Shown piece by piece: positions 10,456 to 21,785 of a stretch of 64,000 nt of DNA. The number at the start of each line of letters is the position of its first letter. Position 1 is the stretch's first letter. This DNA is from an uncultured Pelagibacteraceae bacterium (GTDB lineage: Bacteria; Pseudomonadota; Alphaproteobacteria; Pelagibacterales; Pelagibacteraceae). The stretch lies in assembly GCA_902596515.1 (NCBI GenBank), contig CACJUF010000002.1:20100-84099 (forward strand). Direction: 5' to 3'. A program made the position numbers and the translations under genes. Below the pieces are notes generated by a model. It worked only from the letters and a program-made list of their open reading frames with translations, ran no database searches and was not told the origin of the DNA.

Positions 10456-11527
10456 AACATTAGATAGATACTTTATTAGTTTATTTTTTAAAAAATTAAT
10501 GATGCTCAGTATTATTTTTTTTTCATTATCATTTACTTTAACAATTTTTGAGGAAATTACATTTTTAAGTGAAACAACATCATCTTTTTATTTACCATTC
10601 ATGTTGGCAATTTTTGATGCGCCTACCACTCTACTTGAAATCTTTCCTTTTATAATTTTAATTACTGCTCAACTTTTTTTTATTGATTTAATAAAAAAAA
10701 AAGAAAATGAACTTATCAAAATAAATAATTTAAATAATCTTTATTTGATAAAAATTTTAGCATCATGCTCCTTTTTTTTTGGTATCATTATAATTACAGT
10801 TTATTATCCAATTTCCTCTAAATTAAAATTTATCTATTCTGATATTAAAAATGTCTATTCAGATGATGGTAAATACCTTAAGCATTTAAATGATAATGGT
10901 ATTTGGATCAAAGATGAATTTAGTAATGAAATTTATATAATAAATGGTGCTACGAAAAAAGATCCCTTTCTTGAAGATGTTTTTATATCAAAATTTAATG
11001 CTGATTTTGACTTAATAGAAAATATTTTTGCCAAAAATATCGATATCACCAATAATAAATGGTTAATAAAAAATCCAATTATATTTAAGAGTAACCGTCA
11101 AATAAGCTTAGATAAAACCATTGTATTAAATACTCACTTTAATATTGATAAAATTAACAGTGCCTTTCAGAATCTTAATTCATTTAATCTATTTGAATTA
11201 ATTGATATAAAAAATGAAAATAAGTTATTGGGTTATTCTTCACAAGATATTGATTTACATTTTTTAAAAATAATTTCACTTCCAATTTATTTTACTATAT
11301 TGGTGATAATTTCGTCATTAATTATGTTAAATATTAAAAGAAATAAACCGTATATATTTCATGTTTTATTGGGTATCTCATTATCTGTGATTATTTATTA
11401 TATAAATAATATCTTTAATATATTTGGACTAACAAATAAAATACCAATCTACTTATCTATATTTTTTCCTATGATTTTTTTAGGTATAATCTCAACAATT
11501 GGTTTAATAAGAATTAATGAGAAATAG
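10448..11527 (+). CDS. lptG: LPS export permease LptG
   Basis: Second YjgP/Q paralog (GIWIKD, ENELI); overlaps lptF. Confidence 0.8.
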   Translation: MVKTLDRYFISLFFKKLMMLSIIFFSLSFTLTIFEEITFLSETTSSFYLPFMLAIFDAPTTLLEIFPFIILITAQLFFIDLIKKKENELIKINNLNNLYLIKILASCSFFFGIIIITVYYPISSKLKFIYSDIKNVYSDDGKYLKHLNDNGIWIKDEFSNEIYIINGATKKDPFLEDVFISKFNADFDLIENIFAKNIDITNNKWLIKNPIIFKSNRQISLDKTIVLNTHFNIDKINSAFQNLNSFNLFELIDIKNENKLLGYSSQDIDLHFLKIISLPIYFTILVIISSLIMLNIKRNKPYIFHVLLGISLSVIIYYINNIFNIFGLTNKIPIYLSIFFPMIFLGIISTIGLIRINEK

Positions 11528-13877
11528 TTTTTTAGTAATTTTAGTTATATTTTTTCAAGTATTAATCTTAAATAAAACATTTGGAAAAATTATTGAATTT
11601 GATGCCTCAGATATTGAAATTGTCAATAATCAAAACTTAACAATCGCAAATAATGGTACTGCAAAAATTAAAGATGATGGGATTATAATTGAAGGTGTAA
11701 AAATAGAGTACTTTAAAGATAAATCTTTAATTTTAGTAAGGCAGGGTAAAATTAAAAAAATAGATATAAATTTGGAAATAAAATCTGACACTATTAGATA
11801 TAAAATTAAAGATGGAGAAATAAATTTTATAAACAAAGTGAAGATTGACGATAAAAAAAATAATTTAATTATTCTTTCACAAAAAATTAATTATGATTTA
11901 AACGGTCAAAAAATTCTTGGAGAAGGTAATAACAAAATAACAGACAATTTTGAAAATACATATCAAGTAAGTGAATTTGAATATTCAATTAAGGATAGAA
12001 TTATTAAATTAGATAAAACAAAAGTATTTGATCGAGACAAAAATACTTTTGAATTAGAAGTTGCGTATTTAGATTTAGATAAAAAAGAAATTTTAGCAAA
12101 AGATATCAGTCTAAATTTTAAAATTTCAGAAAACTCAGAGAATGAACCAAGATTGAAAGGAAGAAGCTTAACTAGTGATGAAAAAAATACAATAGTTAAA
12201 AAAGGTTCTTTTACATTTTGTAAAAAAAGAGAAAAGTGCCCTCCATGGGAAATGCGTGCAGATGAAATTAAACATGATAAGATAAAAAAGATAATATATT
12301 ACAAAGATGCAAGTCTAAAAATTTATGATAAAAAAATTTTCTACTTCCCAAGATTTTTTCATCCTGATCCAACAGTTAAAAGACAAACAGGATTTTTAAT
12401 TCCAAGATTACAAGAAAATACTACTACGGGATTATCTCTTAAGTTACCTTATTTTATAGCATTAGCAGAAAATAAAGACATAACATTAAGTCCAAGATTT
12501 TTTAATGATGATAAATTCTTATTACAATCTGAATTTAGACAAAAAAATAAAGAGTCTAATCATATAGCAGATCTAAGCCAATTTATTTCAAATGATAAAG
12601 GCTCTAAGGGACATTTATTTTATAATTTTAAAAAGAATTACGAGAGTGAAAATTTTGATGATATAACGCTTGGTTTAAAAGTAGAACAAGTCTCTGATGA
12701 TACATATTTAAAAGCCTACAAAATTGAAAGTCCAATAATAAAAAATACATCAAACATAATAAATTCAATAAATTTGGATTTATATAGTGAAAACCAATCA
12801 ATAAATACTAATTTAAATATTTATGAAGATTTAAGTAAAACAAATAATGATAGGTATGAGTACGTCCCAAATTTTAGTTTTTCAAAAATTATAAATGATA
12901 ATTATTCTTTTAGGTCTAGTGGGTATTATAAAAATTATAATACAAATATAACAGAAAAAGTTTTAATAAATGATTTAGAATTTAAATCAGCCTCAAAATA
13001 TTTTGATAATGGAGTCATAAATAGTAAAAAATTTTTAATAAAAAATGTTAATTCAGAAGGAAAAAATTCAGATAAATTTAAAAATAAAGACACATTTAAC
13101 CTAGCTCCCACGTTTCAAAATAACTATGCATATCCACTCCAAAAACAAACTGACGAATTTAATTATACTCTTACACCGAAATTAACTCTAAATCTAAGTA
13201 CACCTCATACAAAAGATGTGCACAAAAATAATGCTCATATTAATTATAATAATATCTACGATATAAATAGATTGGGTTTGGATGAAATAAATGAGGGAGG
13301 AGTATCTGTAACATATGGTTATGAATATATTAAAAGTGATAGATCAAATTTAAATCAAAAAATAAAATTTGGTTTTGCAAATAATATTAGGTTTGAAAAA
13401 AACAATGATTTACCAGCTAATACTAATTTAGGTGATAAAGTTTCTGACTTTGTAGGATTATTTGAATATAATCCAAATGAAAATATTAAATTAGATTACA
13501 ATTTTTCTTTGAAAAATAATTTAATAGATCAGAATTATGAGCTTTTCGGTTTTGAGTATTATTTAAAAAATATATCCACAAAATTTGAGTACTTGAATGA
13601 AAATAATACTGTTTCAAAAACTTCTTATTTACAAAATGAAACACGGTACGCAATTGATGATAAAAATACTCTAATTTTTGAAACCAGAGAAAATAAAGAA
13701 AAAAACTTTACTGAGTATTACAATCTTATTTATCAATTTCAAAATGATTGTTTAACTGCAGCTATAGAATACAATAAAGAATATTATAGTGATCAAGACT
13801 TAAAACCATCTGAAAATCTCCTCTTTAAATTATCAATTTTACCGTTTGGTGGATTTAATACACCTAATTTAAAATGA
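11517..13877 (+). CDS. lptD: LPS assembly outer-membrane protein LptD (OstA)
   Basis: FTFCKKREKCPPW, FYFPRFFHPDP..KRQTGFL.P, C-terminal YQFQNDCL beta-strands. Confidence 0.9.
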   Translation: MRNSFLVILVIFFQVLILNKTFGKIIEFDASDIEIVNNQNLTIANNGTAKIKDDGIIIEGVKIEYFKDKSLILVRQGKIKKIDINLEIKSDTIRYKIKDGEINFINKVKIDDKKNNLIILSQKINYDLNGQKILGEGNNKITDNFENTYQVSEFEYSIKDRIIKLDKTKVFDRDKNTFELEVAYLDLDKKEILAKDISLNFKISENSENEPRLKGRSLTSDEKNTIVKKGSFTFCKKREKCPPWEMRADEIKHDKIKKIIYYKDASLKIYDKKIFYFPRFFHPDPTVKRQTGFLIPRLQENTTTGLSLKLPYFIALAENKDITLSPRFFNDDKFLLQSEFRQKNKESNHIADLSQFISNDKGSKGHLFYNFKKNYESENFDDITLGLKVEQVSDDTYLKAYKIESPIIKNTSNIINSINLDLYSENQSINTNLNIYEDLSKTNNDRYEYVPNFSFSKIINDNYSFRSSGYYKNYNTNITEKVLINDLEFKSASKYFDNGVINSKKFLIKNVNSEGKNSDKFKNKDTFNLAPTFQNNYAYPLQKQTDEFNYTLTPKLTLNLSTPHTKDVHKNNAHINYNNIYDINRLGLDEINEGGVSVTYGYEYIKSDRSNLNQKIKFGFANNIRFEKNNDLPANTNLGDKVSDFVGLFEYNPNENIKLDYNFSLKNNLIDQNYELFGFEYYLKNISTKFEYLNENNTVSKTSYLQNETRYAIDDKNTLIFETRENKEKNFTEYYNLIYQFQNDCLTAAIEYNKEYYSDQDLKPSENLLFKLSILPFGGFNTPNLK

Positions 13878-14809
13878 TATTAAATAAAAAAACTATTGTT
13901 TTAGTTTTGATCTTTTTTTTATTTAATAATTTTTCTTATTCTAAAATAAATCTTGAAATCATTATGAAAATAAATAATCAAATATTAACCTCTTATGATC
14001 TTGAAAAGGAAAGCAATTACCTCTTAGCTCTCAACCCCAAACTTAAAGAGATTAGTGAAAATGATCTTTTAGATCTTGCGAAAAGATCGATGATAAAAGA
14101 GACAATAAGAAAAAGTGAGGTACTCAAATATAAGGATTTGAATTTAGAGAATGCTCAAATAAATAATGTTTTAAACAAGATAGTGCAAAATTTAAATTTT
14201 TCAGATCAATCTCAATTTGAAAATTATTTAAATGATTTTGATATTTCTATAGATGACATTAAAGAAAAGATTGAAATTGAAAATGAATGGAAAAATTTGA
14301 TTTATGCTAGATATTCTAAAAGTGTCAAAATAAATAAAAATGATTTGATCAGTAAAATTGAAAAAATAAGTAAAGAAGAATTTTCTTTGGAATATAATTT
14401 ATCAGAAATCGTTTATGGTAAAACACAAAATATTTCTTTAGAGGAGCACTCAAAAAAAATTTTGGAAAGTATAAAGATTAATGGTTTTGAAAATACTGCG
14501 AATTTATTTAGTATAACTGACAGTTCTAAATCAGGTGGTAAAATAGGTTGGGTAAAAAAAAATAATTTATCATCCGAGATAAATCATGAGCTAGAAAATC
14601 TAAAAGTTGACTCATATAGTAGTCCAATCAAAATCGGTAATAATTATTTAATTTTGAAAATAAATGATATTAAAAAAGTGGCTATTGAATTTGATAAACA
14701 AAAAGAACTTGATAGAATGATATTAAGTGAGACGTCAAAACAATTGGATAAGTTTTCAAATATTTTTTATAATAAAATTAAATTAAATAGTACAATAAGT
14801 GAATTTTAA
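13874..14809 (+). CDS. surA: SurA-like periplasmic chaperone/PPIase
   Basis: Signal peptide; FENTANLFS...SKSGGKIGWV rotamase remnant; synteny. Confidence 0.8.
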   Translation: MILNKKTIVLVLIFFLFNNFSYSKINLEIIMKINNQILTSYDLEKESNYLLALNPKLKEISENDLLDLAKRSMIKETIRKSEVLKYKDLNLENAQINNVLNKIVQNLNFSDQSQFENYLNDFDISIDDIKEKIEIENEWKNLIYARYSKSVKINKNDLISKIEKISKEEFSLEYNLSEIVYGKTQNISLEEHSKKILESIKINGFENTANLFSITDSSKSGGKIGWVKKNNLSSEINHELENLKVDSYSSPIKIGNNYLILKINDIKKVAIEFDKQKELDRMILSETSKQLDKFSNIFYNKIKLNSTISEF

Positions 14810-15731
14810 ACCAATTCTAATAATTCCTGGAGAAAAAAAAAGTATTTTTTTCGAAATTTTTTTTAAATCTCTAAAATCCAAATCTATTTCAAGTCCTTTG
14901 ATTTTAATTTGTAACAAAAAAGATTTAAATAAAGAGGTTAAGAAGCATAAGTTTAAGTATGTTGTTGAACAAATAGAATTAAACAAAATTAATGCTAAAA
15001 AATTTCATAAAAATAAGATTTATGTAATTCACGTAAAATATCAAAATTCTTATATCTATGTGCATAATTGCTTTAAAGTTGCCTTCAGATTAATAAAAGA
15101 AGGGTTAACTCATAAAATGATTAACGGACCAATTAATAAAACTAAAACTTTAAATAAAAAATATCTTGGTGTAACTGAGTTTGTTGCTAAAAATTTTAAA
15201 GTAAATAAATTTGCAATGCTAATTTACAATAAGAAGTTATCAGTTTGTCCTTTAACAACACATCTTCCAATTAAATTAGTAGCAAAAGAAATCTCAAAAA
15301 AGAAGATTAGAGAAAAGATAATTATCATTAATAACTTCTTTAAGGAATATTTGGGATTTAAGCCAAGAATAGCTGTAACGGGGTTAAATCCTCATTGTGA
15401 AAGTGTTTTAAAATTTAACGAGGATACTAAAATCATAGATCCAGTGATTAGATCTTTTAAAAATAAAATTAATGTTAAAGGTCCTTTTCCAGCAGATACA
15501 ATATTTCTAAAAAATAATAGAAAAAAGTTTGATATTATTATTGGAATGTATCATGACCAAGTTTTAACACCAATAAAAACTATATTTGAATACGACGCAA
15601 TCAATATTACTATGGGATTACCTTTTTTAAGAGTGACACCTGATCATGGTCCAAATGAAAAAATGATTGGAAAAAATATTTCTAATCCAATCAGTTTAAT
15701 AAGATCACTAGAATTTTTAGATAAAAAATGA
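14799..15731 (+). CDS. pdxA: 4-hydroxythreonine-4-phosphate dehydrogenase-like protein (divergent)
   Basis: TTHLP, GLNPH, GPFPAD, MYHDQ, GLPFLRVTPDHG. Confidence 0.85.
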   Translation: MNFKPILIIPGEKKSIFFEIFFKSLKSKSISSPLILICNKKDLNKEVKKHKFKYVVEQIELNKINAKKFHKNKIYVIHVKYQNSYIYVHNCFKVAFRLIKEGLTHKMINGPINKTKTLNKKYLGVTEFVAKNFKVNKFAMLIYNKKLSVCPLTTHLPIKLVAKEISKKKIREKIIIINNFFKEYLGFKPRIAVTGLNPHCESVLKFNEDTKIIDPVIRSFKNKINVKGPFPADTIFLKNNRKKFDIIIGMYHDQVLTPIKTIFEYDAINITMGLPFLRVTPDHGPNEKMIGKNISNPISLIRSLEFLDKK

Positions 15732-16513
15732 TTAAGGCCAAAAAAAGCCTTGGACAAAACTTTCTAGTTGATAAAAGAATAATCAATAAGATAGTCAATA
15801 CTATAGAATTAAAAAATAAAAATATCTTAGAAATAGGTCCAGGTACAGGTAATTTGACTGAGGGAATTTTAAAAAAAAATCCAAAAAAAATTTTAGTAGT
15901 TGAAAAAGATGACAATTTAACAAACTTACTGAGAGAAAAGTTTAAAGATAAGGTTGAGGTCATCAATCAAGATATCTTAATGATAGATGAAAACTTATTA
16001 AGTGATCAAACTTTAACAGTCTTTGGTAACTTACCTTATAACATTTCTACTGAAATCTTATGTAAGTGGATATTAAACATTAAAGAAAAAATTTGGTTTG
16101 ATTGCCTAATACTTATGTTTCAGAAAGAAGTGGCAGACAGAATTATATCTGATTTTAATACCAAAAATTATGGAAGATTAACAATTTTAGCTAATTGGAG
16201 ATTACATGTAAAAAAAATTTGTGATTTAAGTCCTTTAAGTTTTCAACCCAAACCAAAAATAGATAGCACTGTGTTGTTTTTTAAACCCAAAAAAGAATTT
16301 TTTACATTTAAAAATGCAAAAAATTTGGAGAAAATTACAAGAATATTTTTTATGCATAGACGTAAAATGATTAAAAAACCTTATAAACAACTGTTCAATA
16401 ATAATACTTATATTGCCTCAAAAATTGGAATTGATCTAAATTCCAGACCTCAAAATTTAGATTTTGAGAAGTATTTTCAATTAACTAAAGAGTACGAGGA
16501 TTTAAGAAGTTAG
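15728..16513 (+). CDS. rsmA: 16S rRNA adenine dimethyltransferase
   Basis: [34 protein letters not shown]. Confidence 0.97.
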   Translation: MIKAKKSLGQNFLVDKRIINKIVNTIELKNKNILEIGPGTGNLTEGILKKNPKKILVVEKDDNLTNLLREKFKDKVEVINQDILMIDENLLSDQTLTVFGNLPYNISTEILCKWILNIKEKIWFDCLILMFQKEVADRIISDFNTKNYGRLTILANWRLHVKKICDLSPLSFQPKPKIDSTVLFFKPKKEFFTFKNAKNLEKITRIFFMHRRKMIKKPYKQLFNNNTYIASKIGIDLNSRPQNLDFEKYFQLTKEYEDLRS

Positions 16514-17134
16514 TTTTTCAACATGATCTCTTATATATTTTGGATCATAATCTTTTGATCCATTATTAATCTCAGCATCTATTAACTTTTTTATTTTAAT
16601 GAGGCAACTATTCAATTCATCATTAATAACTACATAATCATAGTTTATCCAATGAAGTACATCTCTCTCAAACTGCTGCATCCTCTCATCAACTATGAGC
16701 TTATCTTTCATGTCTCTGTTTGAAAGTCTTTCAAATAAAATCTCTTTGCTAGGGGGCAAAATAAAAAAAGTAATTAGTTTATAATCTAGTTTCTTGTTCT
16801 TGATTTGATCGGCACCTTGCCAGTCAATATCAAACAGAACGTTTTTTCCTTTATTCAGATTATCAATAATTGGGGTTCTGGTTGTACCATAATAATTATT
16901 AAAAACTTTCGCGTATTCTAAAAATTCTTGATTATTTATTAATCTCTTAAATTCAAAATCGTTTACAAAAAAGTAATCTTTGTTTGGAACTTCTCCTGGT
17001 CTTGGTTTTCGTGTTGTGTGAGAGATGGAAATTTCAAAATCGTCTTGCTTTGAAAGTAAATTTACCAGTGTAGTTTTTCCTGCTCCTGATGGAGAGGATA
17101 AAATAACCATTATCCCATCTTTTGATGAGGGCAT
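16502..17134 (-). CDS. gmk: Guanylate kinase
   Basis: [36 protein letters not shown]. Confidence 0.97.
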   Translation of the reverse strand: MPSSKDGIMVILSSPSGAGKTTLVNLLSKQDDFEISISHTTRKPRPGEVPNKDYFFVNDFEFKRLINNQEFLEYAKVFNNYYGTTRTPIIDNLNKGKNVLFDIDWQGADQIKNKKLDYKLITFFILPPSKEILFERLSNRDMKDKLIVDERMQQFERDVLHWINYDYVVINDELNSCLIKIKKLIDAEINNGSKDYDPKYIRDHVEKLTS

Positions 17135-17144
17135 TTAAAAAATA

Positions 17145-17384
17145 TTAGTTAGCTTTGCCTTCAATAAATTTGACTGCATCACCTACTGTTAAAATTTTTT
17201 CTGCTTCACTATCAGAAATTTCAGATCCAAATTCTTCTTCAAAAGCCATGACTAACTCAACGGTATCAAGACTATCAGCACCTAAATCATCAATAAAACT
17301 AGACTCTTCAGTTACTTTTGATTCATCAATCCCTAAATGATCAGCTACAATTTTTTTAACTTTGCTTGAAACATCTTCTGACAT
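17145..17384 (-). CDS. acpP: Acyl carrier protein
   Basis: [14 protein letters not shown]; AAGGA Shine-Dalgarno upstream. Confidence 0.98.
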   Translation of the reverse strand: MSEDVSSKVKKIVADHLGIDESKVTEESSFIDDLGADSLDTVELVMAFEEEFGSEISDSEAEKILTVGDAVKFIEGKAN

Positions 17385-17435
17385 ATTAATCCTTTTTTTT
17401 AGTATAAATCGTTATTAGTTTAATTACCTAGATTG

Positions 17436-18173
17436 TCAAGCCATATACAGGCCCCCATTTACATGCAATGTTTCTCCATTTATGTAATTAGAATGTGAGG
17501 ATGCCAGAAAAATAACTGCATTGGCAATATCTTCAGGTTCTCCTAACCTTGCAGAGGGTATTTTAGAAATAATTACCTCTTTAAATTTTTCATCAATTTT
17601 ATCTGTCATCGCTGTTTTTATAAAACCTGGTGATATGCAATTAACATTGATATTTTTTTTTGCGTATTCTATAGCTAAACTTTTTGACATTGCAACAATA
17701 CCAGCTTTTGAGGCTGTATAATTTGTTTGCCCTAAATTACCAGTGTGTCCAACTACAGATGTAATATTTATAATTTTACCTTTTTTATTTTTAAGCATTT
17801 TTTTTATCGCAAACTTATTAATCAAAAATGTAGAAGTAAGATTAATATCTATCACTTTTCTCCATTCCTCTATACTCATTCGTATAGCCAAATTATCTTG
17901 GGTAATACCTGCGTTGTTAACTATACAATCAAGTTTACCTCCAAGTTTTTTTGTAGCATCCTCAATGAAATTTTCTAAATTACTAGTTTGAGAAATATCA
18001 AATTTTAATATTTGAATATTTTGAAATTTTTTTTTTAGCTCCTGCAATTTTTCATTTTTAGTACCCGTGGCTAAAATATTAGCTCCCGCAGTATATAATT
18101 TTTTAACGATAGAATTTCCTATTCCACCTGTTGCACCAGTTACAATTATATTATTTTCTTTTAAATCATTCAT
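17436..18173 (-). CDS. fabG: 3-oxoacyl-ACP reductase
   Basis: TGATGGIG, NNAGITQD, YTASKAG, ETLHVNGG. Confidence 0.97.
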   Translation of the reverse strand: MNDLKENNIIVTGATGGIGNSIVKKLYTAGANILATGTKNEKLQELKKKFQNIQILKFDISQTSNLENFIEDATKKLGGKLDCIVNNAGITQDNLAIRMSIEEWRKVIDINLTSTFLINKFAIKKMLKNKKGKIINITSVVGHTGNLGQTNYTASKAGIVAMSKSLAIEYAKKNINVNCISPGFIKTAMTDKIDEKFKEVIISKIPSARLGEPEDIANAVIFLASSHSNYINGETLHVNGGLYMA

Positions 18174-19096
18174 ATATTCAAACTTTCTATATCTGATTGA
18201 CTATTAATTGAAGAAATTTTTACATCTTTATTAATTCTTTTAACAAGACCAGAAAGTACTTTTCCTGGGCCAATTTCAATGAATTGATTCACACCATTGT
18301 TTATCATATAAAGTATGCTTTCTCTCCATCTAACCCTTTTTTCAATTTGACTTATAAGCAAACTCTTTAAATCATCAATGTTAGAAATTTCTTCTGCAGT
18401 CACATTTGAAATAATAATATTTTTTGATTGTTTAAAATCAAGCATATGTAATTCCTTTGACATCACCTTGGTAGCTTTATTCATCAAATTACAATGAAAG
18501 GGTGCACTAACTGGTAATTTGATATTCTTTATTTTTTTTTCTTTTAAAAATTCACTAAGGATTTGTAAATCTTTTGTTTTACCACTAATAACTATTTGAC
18601 CATCAGAGTTATCATTAGCAACTTGAGCCTCAAAATTTTTTTGGTTATCTTTTAAAATTTTTTCCACTTCTTCAATTTTTAAGCCCAAAACCGCCAACAT
18701 GCTGCCCTCACCTTTTGGCATTGAATTTTGCATAGCATGTCCCCTTAATCTTAAAATCTTTATAGTTTCACTAAAATTCAGATATCCTGCACACGACAGT
18801 GCTGAATATTCACCTAACGAGTGTCCAGCAAAATATTTTGCTTTATTTAAATTTATGCTGAAAACTTCTTTGACTACTTGAAAAATTGAATAACTCACTA
18901 AAAAAATTGCTGGTTGAGTATTTACTGTAAGATCTAATTCTTCTTTAGGACCCTCTAAAATAAGTTTCGACAAATTAAATTCTAATGTTTCATCAGCTTC
19001 TTTAAATAATTTTTTGACAATCTCATGTTTCTCAAAAAACTCTTTTCCCATACCTACTATTTGTGAACCTTGACCTGGAAAAATTACAGAAAACAT
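18170..19096 (-). CDS. fabD: Malonyl-CoA:ACP transacylase
   Basis: FPGQGSQ, AGHSLGEY, VSAPFHC, EIGPGKVL. Confidence 0.97.
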   Translation of the reverse strand: MFSVIFPGQGSQIVGMGKEFFEKHEIVKKLFKEADETLEFNLSKLILEGPKEELDLTVNTQPAIFLVSYSIFQVVKEVFSINLNKAKYFAGHSLGEYSALSCAGYLNFSETIKILRLRGHAMQNSMPKGEGSMLAVLGLKIEEVEKILKDNQKNFEAQVANDNSDGQIVISGKTKDLQILSEFLKEKKIKNIKLPVSAPFHCNLMNKATKVMSKELHMLDFKQSKNIIISNVTAEEISNIDDLKSLLISQIEKRVRWRESILYMINNGVNQFIEIGPGKVLSGLVKRINKDVKISSINSQSDIESLNI

Positions 19097-19183
19097 TTAA
19101 AAAATTATTTAATTATTGTTTATTTAACTATTGTAATTGAAAGGTTATAATAGTATATCCTCACAATTTATTAAAGAATTAAT

Positions 19184-19546
19184 ATGAATTTATACGAACA
19201 CACTATTATAGCGAGACAAGATACTTCTCCAGCTGAATTAAAACAACTGACCGAGAAATATTCTAAAATTGTTGAAAAGAATGAAGGGGAAGTGATTAAA
19301 ACTGAAAATTGGGGTCTTCTTAATTTATCTTACCATATAAAAAAAAACAAAAAAGGAAGCTATATACATTTTAAAATAAAGGGAAAAGGGAAAGTAATCG
19401 AGCAGTTGGAAAAAAATGAAGCAATAGATAAAAAATTATTAAGACATCTAACTGTTAGAGTAAAAAAATTTGATCTTGATACAAATTATTTTTCTAAAAA
19501 TCAAGACTTAGATAAATCAGATAAAAAAGAAAAGGTAAAAAATTAA
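19184..19546 (+). CDS. rpsF: 30S ribosomal protein S6
   Basis: [14 protein letters not shown]...L.Y.IKKN.KG.Y. Confidence 0.96.
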   Translation: MNLYEHTIIARQDTSPAELKQLTEKYSKIVEKNEGEVIKTENWGLLNLSYHIKKNKKGSYIHFKIKGKGKVIEQLEKNEAIDKKLLRHLTVRVKKFDLDTNYFSKNQDLDKSDKKEKVKN

Positions 19547-19548
19547 TT

Positions 19549-19821
19549 ATGGCAAAAAAACAAAGTGGAAACAAAAAAAATAAACAAAGTAATTTTGCAA
19601 AATTAAGTATTTTTCAACCAAATAAATATAGATTTAAAAAAAGCTGTCCCTTATCAGTCAAAGGTGCTCCTGAGGTAGACTATAAAAATATAAGATTGCT
19701 TAAGAAATACGTGTCAGAAAATGGTAAAATTCTTCCATCTAGAATTACAAACGTATCACAAAAAAAACAGAGGGAACTTGCTATATCTATCAAAAGAGCA
19801 AGAAACTTAGCTTTAATCTAA
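19549..19821 (+). CDS. rpsR: 30S ribosomal protein S18
   Basis: [31 protein letters not shown]. Confidence 0.97.
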   Translation: MAKKQSGNKKNKQSNFAKLSIFQPNKYRFKKSCPLSVKGAPEVDYKNIRLLKKYVSENGKILPSRITNVSQKKQRELAISIKRARNLALI

Positions 19822-20279
19822 TGAAAGTAATATTATTAGAAAACTTAAAGAGAATAGGTTCTATTGGCGAGATAATAGATGTAAAAAGAGGTTTTGCTAG
19901 AAATTTTTTAATAGCTAACAAAAAAGCTCTGTATGCCTCTAAAGAAAATATAAAACAAGTGGAAAAAATCAAATCTGATCTTTCTAAAAAAGATGATCAA
20001 AAAAAACAAAATGCTAAAAAAATTTATGAAAAAATTGATAAAAAAGAATATACTGTAAATAAACTTTCCACTGAAAATAATGAATTATACGGTTCAGTAA
20101 AACCAACAGAAATTTCAAAAATAATTTATGAAATAAGTAAAATTGAAATTAAGCCTTCAATGATACAGCCCATAAAAGAAATCAAATCGATTGGAAAATT
20201 TAAAGTAAAAATTTCTTTGCACTCAGAAGTTGAGGCTGAGATAATGATCATTGTAAATTCTGCTGAGACTATTCAATAA
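19821..20279 (+). CDS. rplI: 50S ribosomal protein L9
   Basis: MKVILLE, VKRGFARNFL, LYGSV. Confidence 0.97.
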   Translation: MKVILLENLKRIGSIGEIIDVKRGFARNFLIANKKALYASKENIKQVEKIKSDLSKKDDQKKQNAKKIYEKIDKKEYTVNKLSTENNELYGSVKPTEISKIIYEISKIEIKPSMIQPIKEIKSIGKFKVKISLHSEVEAEIMIIVNSAETIQ

Positions 20280-20347
20280 TTATACAAAATCATCCACAGG
20301 CTTTTTTAAAATTTAAAAATTCAACATTTGCTGTAATATAAATTCTA

Positions 20348-21766
20348 ATGGATAATAATCTGAGTTTAGTTAAAGAAACCTTTAAAGAATTACCAAATAA
20401 TATTGAAGCAGAACAGGCAGTTATAGGATCGATTTTAGTAACCAATGAAATATTTGATGAGGTTAATACTATTGTTTCAAATATAAATTTCTATGATCCA
20501 ATGCATCAAAAAATTTTCGATGCTATCGAAAATATGATCTATAAAGGTATGCTTGCTAATCCCATAACATTAAAAAATTATTTTGAAAGCGAAAAGGATG
20601 AATTAAATGTACCAGAATATTTAGTTAAAATTACAAAATTTTCTACCTCAGTGAGACAAGCGATTGAGTACTCAAAAATTATATATGATATGTACGTAAG
20701 AAGGGAATTAATTAAAATTTCAGAAAAAATTATTGATGATGCTAAAGAAAATGATCTTGAGTCTAATGGTCAAAATATTATTGAGAATTCAGAAAAACTA
20801 CTTTACGATTTGGCTGAAAAAGGGACATTTAGCTCCTCATTAATAAAATTTGATGATGCTATGAAGCAAACTATTGAAATGGCTTCAGCAGCATATAAGA
20901 ATGAAGGTGGAATAGTTGGTGTACCAACTGGTTTAAGAGATTTAGATGATAGATTAGGTGGACTTCACCAATCAGATTTAGTTATTATTGCTGGAAGACC
21001 TTCAATGGGTAAAACTTCTCTTGCAACCAACATAGCTTTTAATGCAGCGCAAAAAATTCAAGAGAACGGCACAAAGTCATCAGTTGCTTTTTTTTCGTTG
21101 GAAATGTCTTCAGAACAACTTTCAACTAGAATTATTTCAGAGCAAGCAAGAATAGGTTCAAATGATATAAGAAGAGGTAGAATTTCAGATGAACAATTTG
21201 ATCAATTTTTAGAAACCTCTAAAAATATATCTGAACTACCCTTGTTCATTGATGAGACACCAGCAATAAGTATTGCTGCTATGAGCAATAGGGCCAGAAG
21301 AATAAAAAGATTACATGGATTAGATTTAATTGTTGTTGACTACATACAATTAATGAGAGGTTCATTTAATAATAAGGATGGTAGAGTTCAAGAAATCTCT
21401 CAAATTACTCAAGGCTTAAAAGCCATTGCTAAGGAGCTGGGTGTGCCTGTTCTTGCATTATCGCAATTATCCCGACAGGTTGAACAGAGAGACGATCATA
21501 AACCTCAACTAGCAGATTTAAGAGAATCTGGCTCAATAGAACAAGATGCTGATGTAGTAATGTTCGTTTACAGAGAAGGCTATTATCTTCAAAGAAAAGA
21601 GCCAAGAGAAGCAACAGTAGAACATGCAGAATGGCAGGCAAAGATGAATGAGGTTGCACATTTGGCTGAAATTATCATTGGGAAACAACGACACGGTCCC
21701 ATTGGTAAAGTAACTCTTGAGTTTGAGGAAAGATTTACAAAATTTAAAGATACTCAAAATAATTAA
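20348..21766 (+). CDS. dnaB: Replicative DNA helicase
   Basis: LP.NIEAEQAV.G, AGRPSMGKT, FSLEMS, VDYIQLM, LSQLSR, DLRESGSIEQDAD; no intein. Confidence 0.98.
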   Translation: MDNNLSLVKETFKELPNNIEAEQAVIGSILVTNEIFDEVNTIVSNINFYDPMHQKIFDAIENMIYKGMLANPITLKNYFESEKDELNVPEYLVKITKFSTSVRQAIEYSKIIYDMYVRRELIKISEKIIDDAKENDLESNGQNIIENSEKLLYDLAEKGTFSSSLIKFDDAMKQTIEMASAAYKNEGGIVGVPTGLRDLDDRLGGLHQSDLVIIAGRPSMGKTSLATNIAFNAAQKIQENGTKSSVAFFSLEMSSEQLSTRIISEQARIGSNDIRRGRISDEQFDQFLETSKNISELPLFIDETPAISIAAMSNRARRIKRLHGLDLIVVDYIQLMRGSFNNKDGRVQEISQITQGLKAIAKELGVPVLALSQLSRQVEQRDDHKPQLADLRESGSIEQDADVVMFVYREGYYLQRKEPREATVEHAEWQAKMNEVAHLAEIIIGKQRHGPIGKVTLEFEERFTKFKDTQNN

Positions 21767-21785
21767 TTTACAATATATTGGATAA

